Assembly (NCBI GenBank): GCA_013265495.1
Contig: MU058206.1
Span: 312,001 to 376,000, forward strand
Length of the DNA stretch: 64,000 bases
DNA from: Vicugna vicugna
Lineage: Eukaryota
Direction of reading: 5' to 3'
Below are positions 63,710 through 64,000 of the stretch, piece by piece. Within the stretch, counting starts at the first letter, position 1; the number at the start of each line of letters is the position of its first letter. The notes under the pieces were generated by a model. It saw only the letters and a program-made list of their open reading frames with translations, did no database searches and was not told the DNA's origin. A program made the translations under genes and the position numbers.

Positions 63710-64000
63710 GCTGCAATTACACCACAAAACTAGTTGGTACTGTCCTCACACCAGTCACAATGGCCATAGTTGAATGGTCTACAAATAACAAATGCTGGAG
63801 AGGGTATGGAGAAAAAGGAACCCTCCTATACTGTTGGTGGGAATGTAAATTGGTGTATTCACTATGGAAAACAGTATGAAGATTCCTTAAAAAACTAAAA
63901 AAAGACTTACCATGTGATCCATCCCACTCCTGGGCATATATCTGAGAAAATTCTAATTCCAAAAAATAATGCATCCAAATGTTCATAGGCGCACTATTTA
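63710..64000 (+). mobile_element. LINE-1 ORF2 C-terminal region, decayed, runs off the window end
   Basis: Translation [44 protein letters not shown] matches the conserved L1 ORF2p Cys-rich motif ([42 protein letters not shown]); premature stop at 63877-63879. Confidence 0.93.

Noticed and set aside
63658..63879. Cys/Trp-rich 73-aa protein
   Set aside because: Decayed LINE-1 ORF2 C-terminal fragment with a premature stop.

Overview
GC-rich, repeat-rich mammalian DNA, most likely camelid (alpaca/llama/camel). That inference rests on five loci of a tRNA-Ala-derived SINE that I recognise as Vic-1-like. I cannot support any protein-coding gene, RNA gene, CRISPR array or prokaryote-type system; the ORF track is almost all GC-rich noise, apart from a decayed LINE-1 ORF2 C-terminus at the right end. 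The window looks like intergenic or long 5'-intronic regulatory DNA. It has three CpG islands (~20.1-21.0, ~29.6-30.1 and ~36.95-37.5 kb, the last two with + strand splice donors), many MIR/L2/L1/hAT fragments and several motif clusters. The most notable items are: (1) two related ~575-bp ERV1-type solo LTRs in the same orientation 7 kb apart, each with its own TSD and a rearranged 23-bp CCAAT-box array, one having lost its poly(A) signal; (2) two near-identical tandem duplications (760-bp and 303-bp period), each joined by a single extra 'a', which may be assembly artefacts; (3) three copies of a GATTTATGG (HOX/PBX/CDX-like) site within ~180 bp. I found no convincing previously undescribed biological system. 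Repeat family names come from recalled consensus sequences, not a database search, and boundaries of old repeats are approximate.
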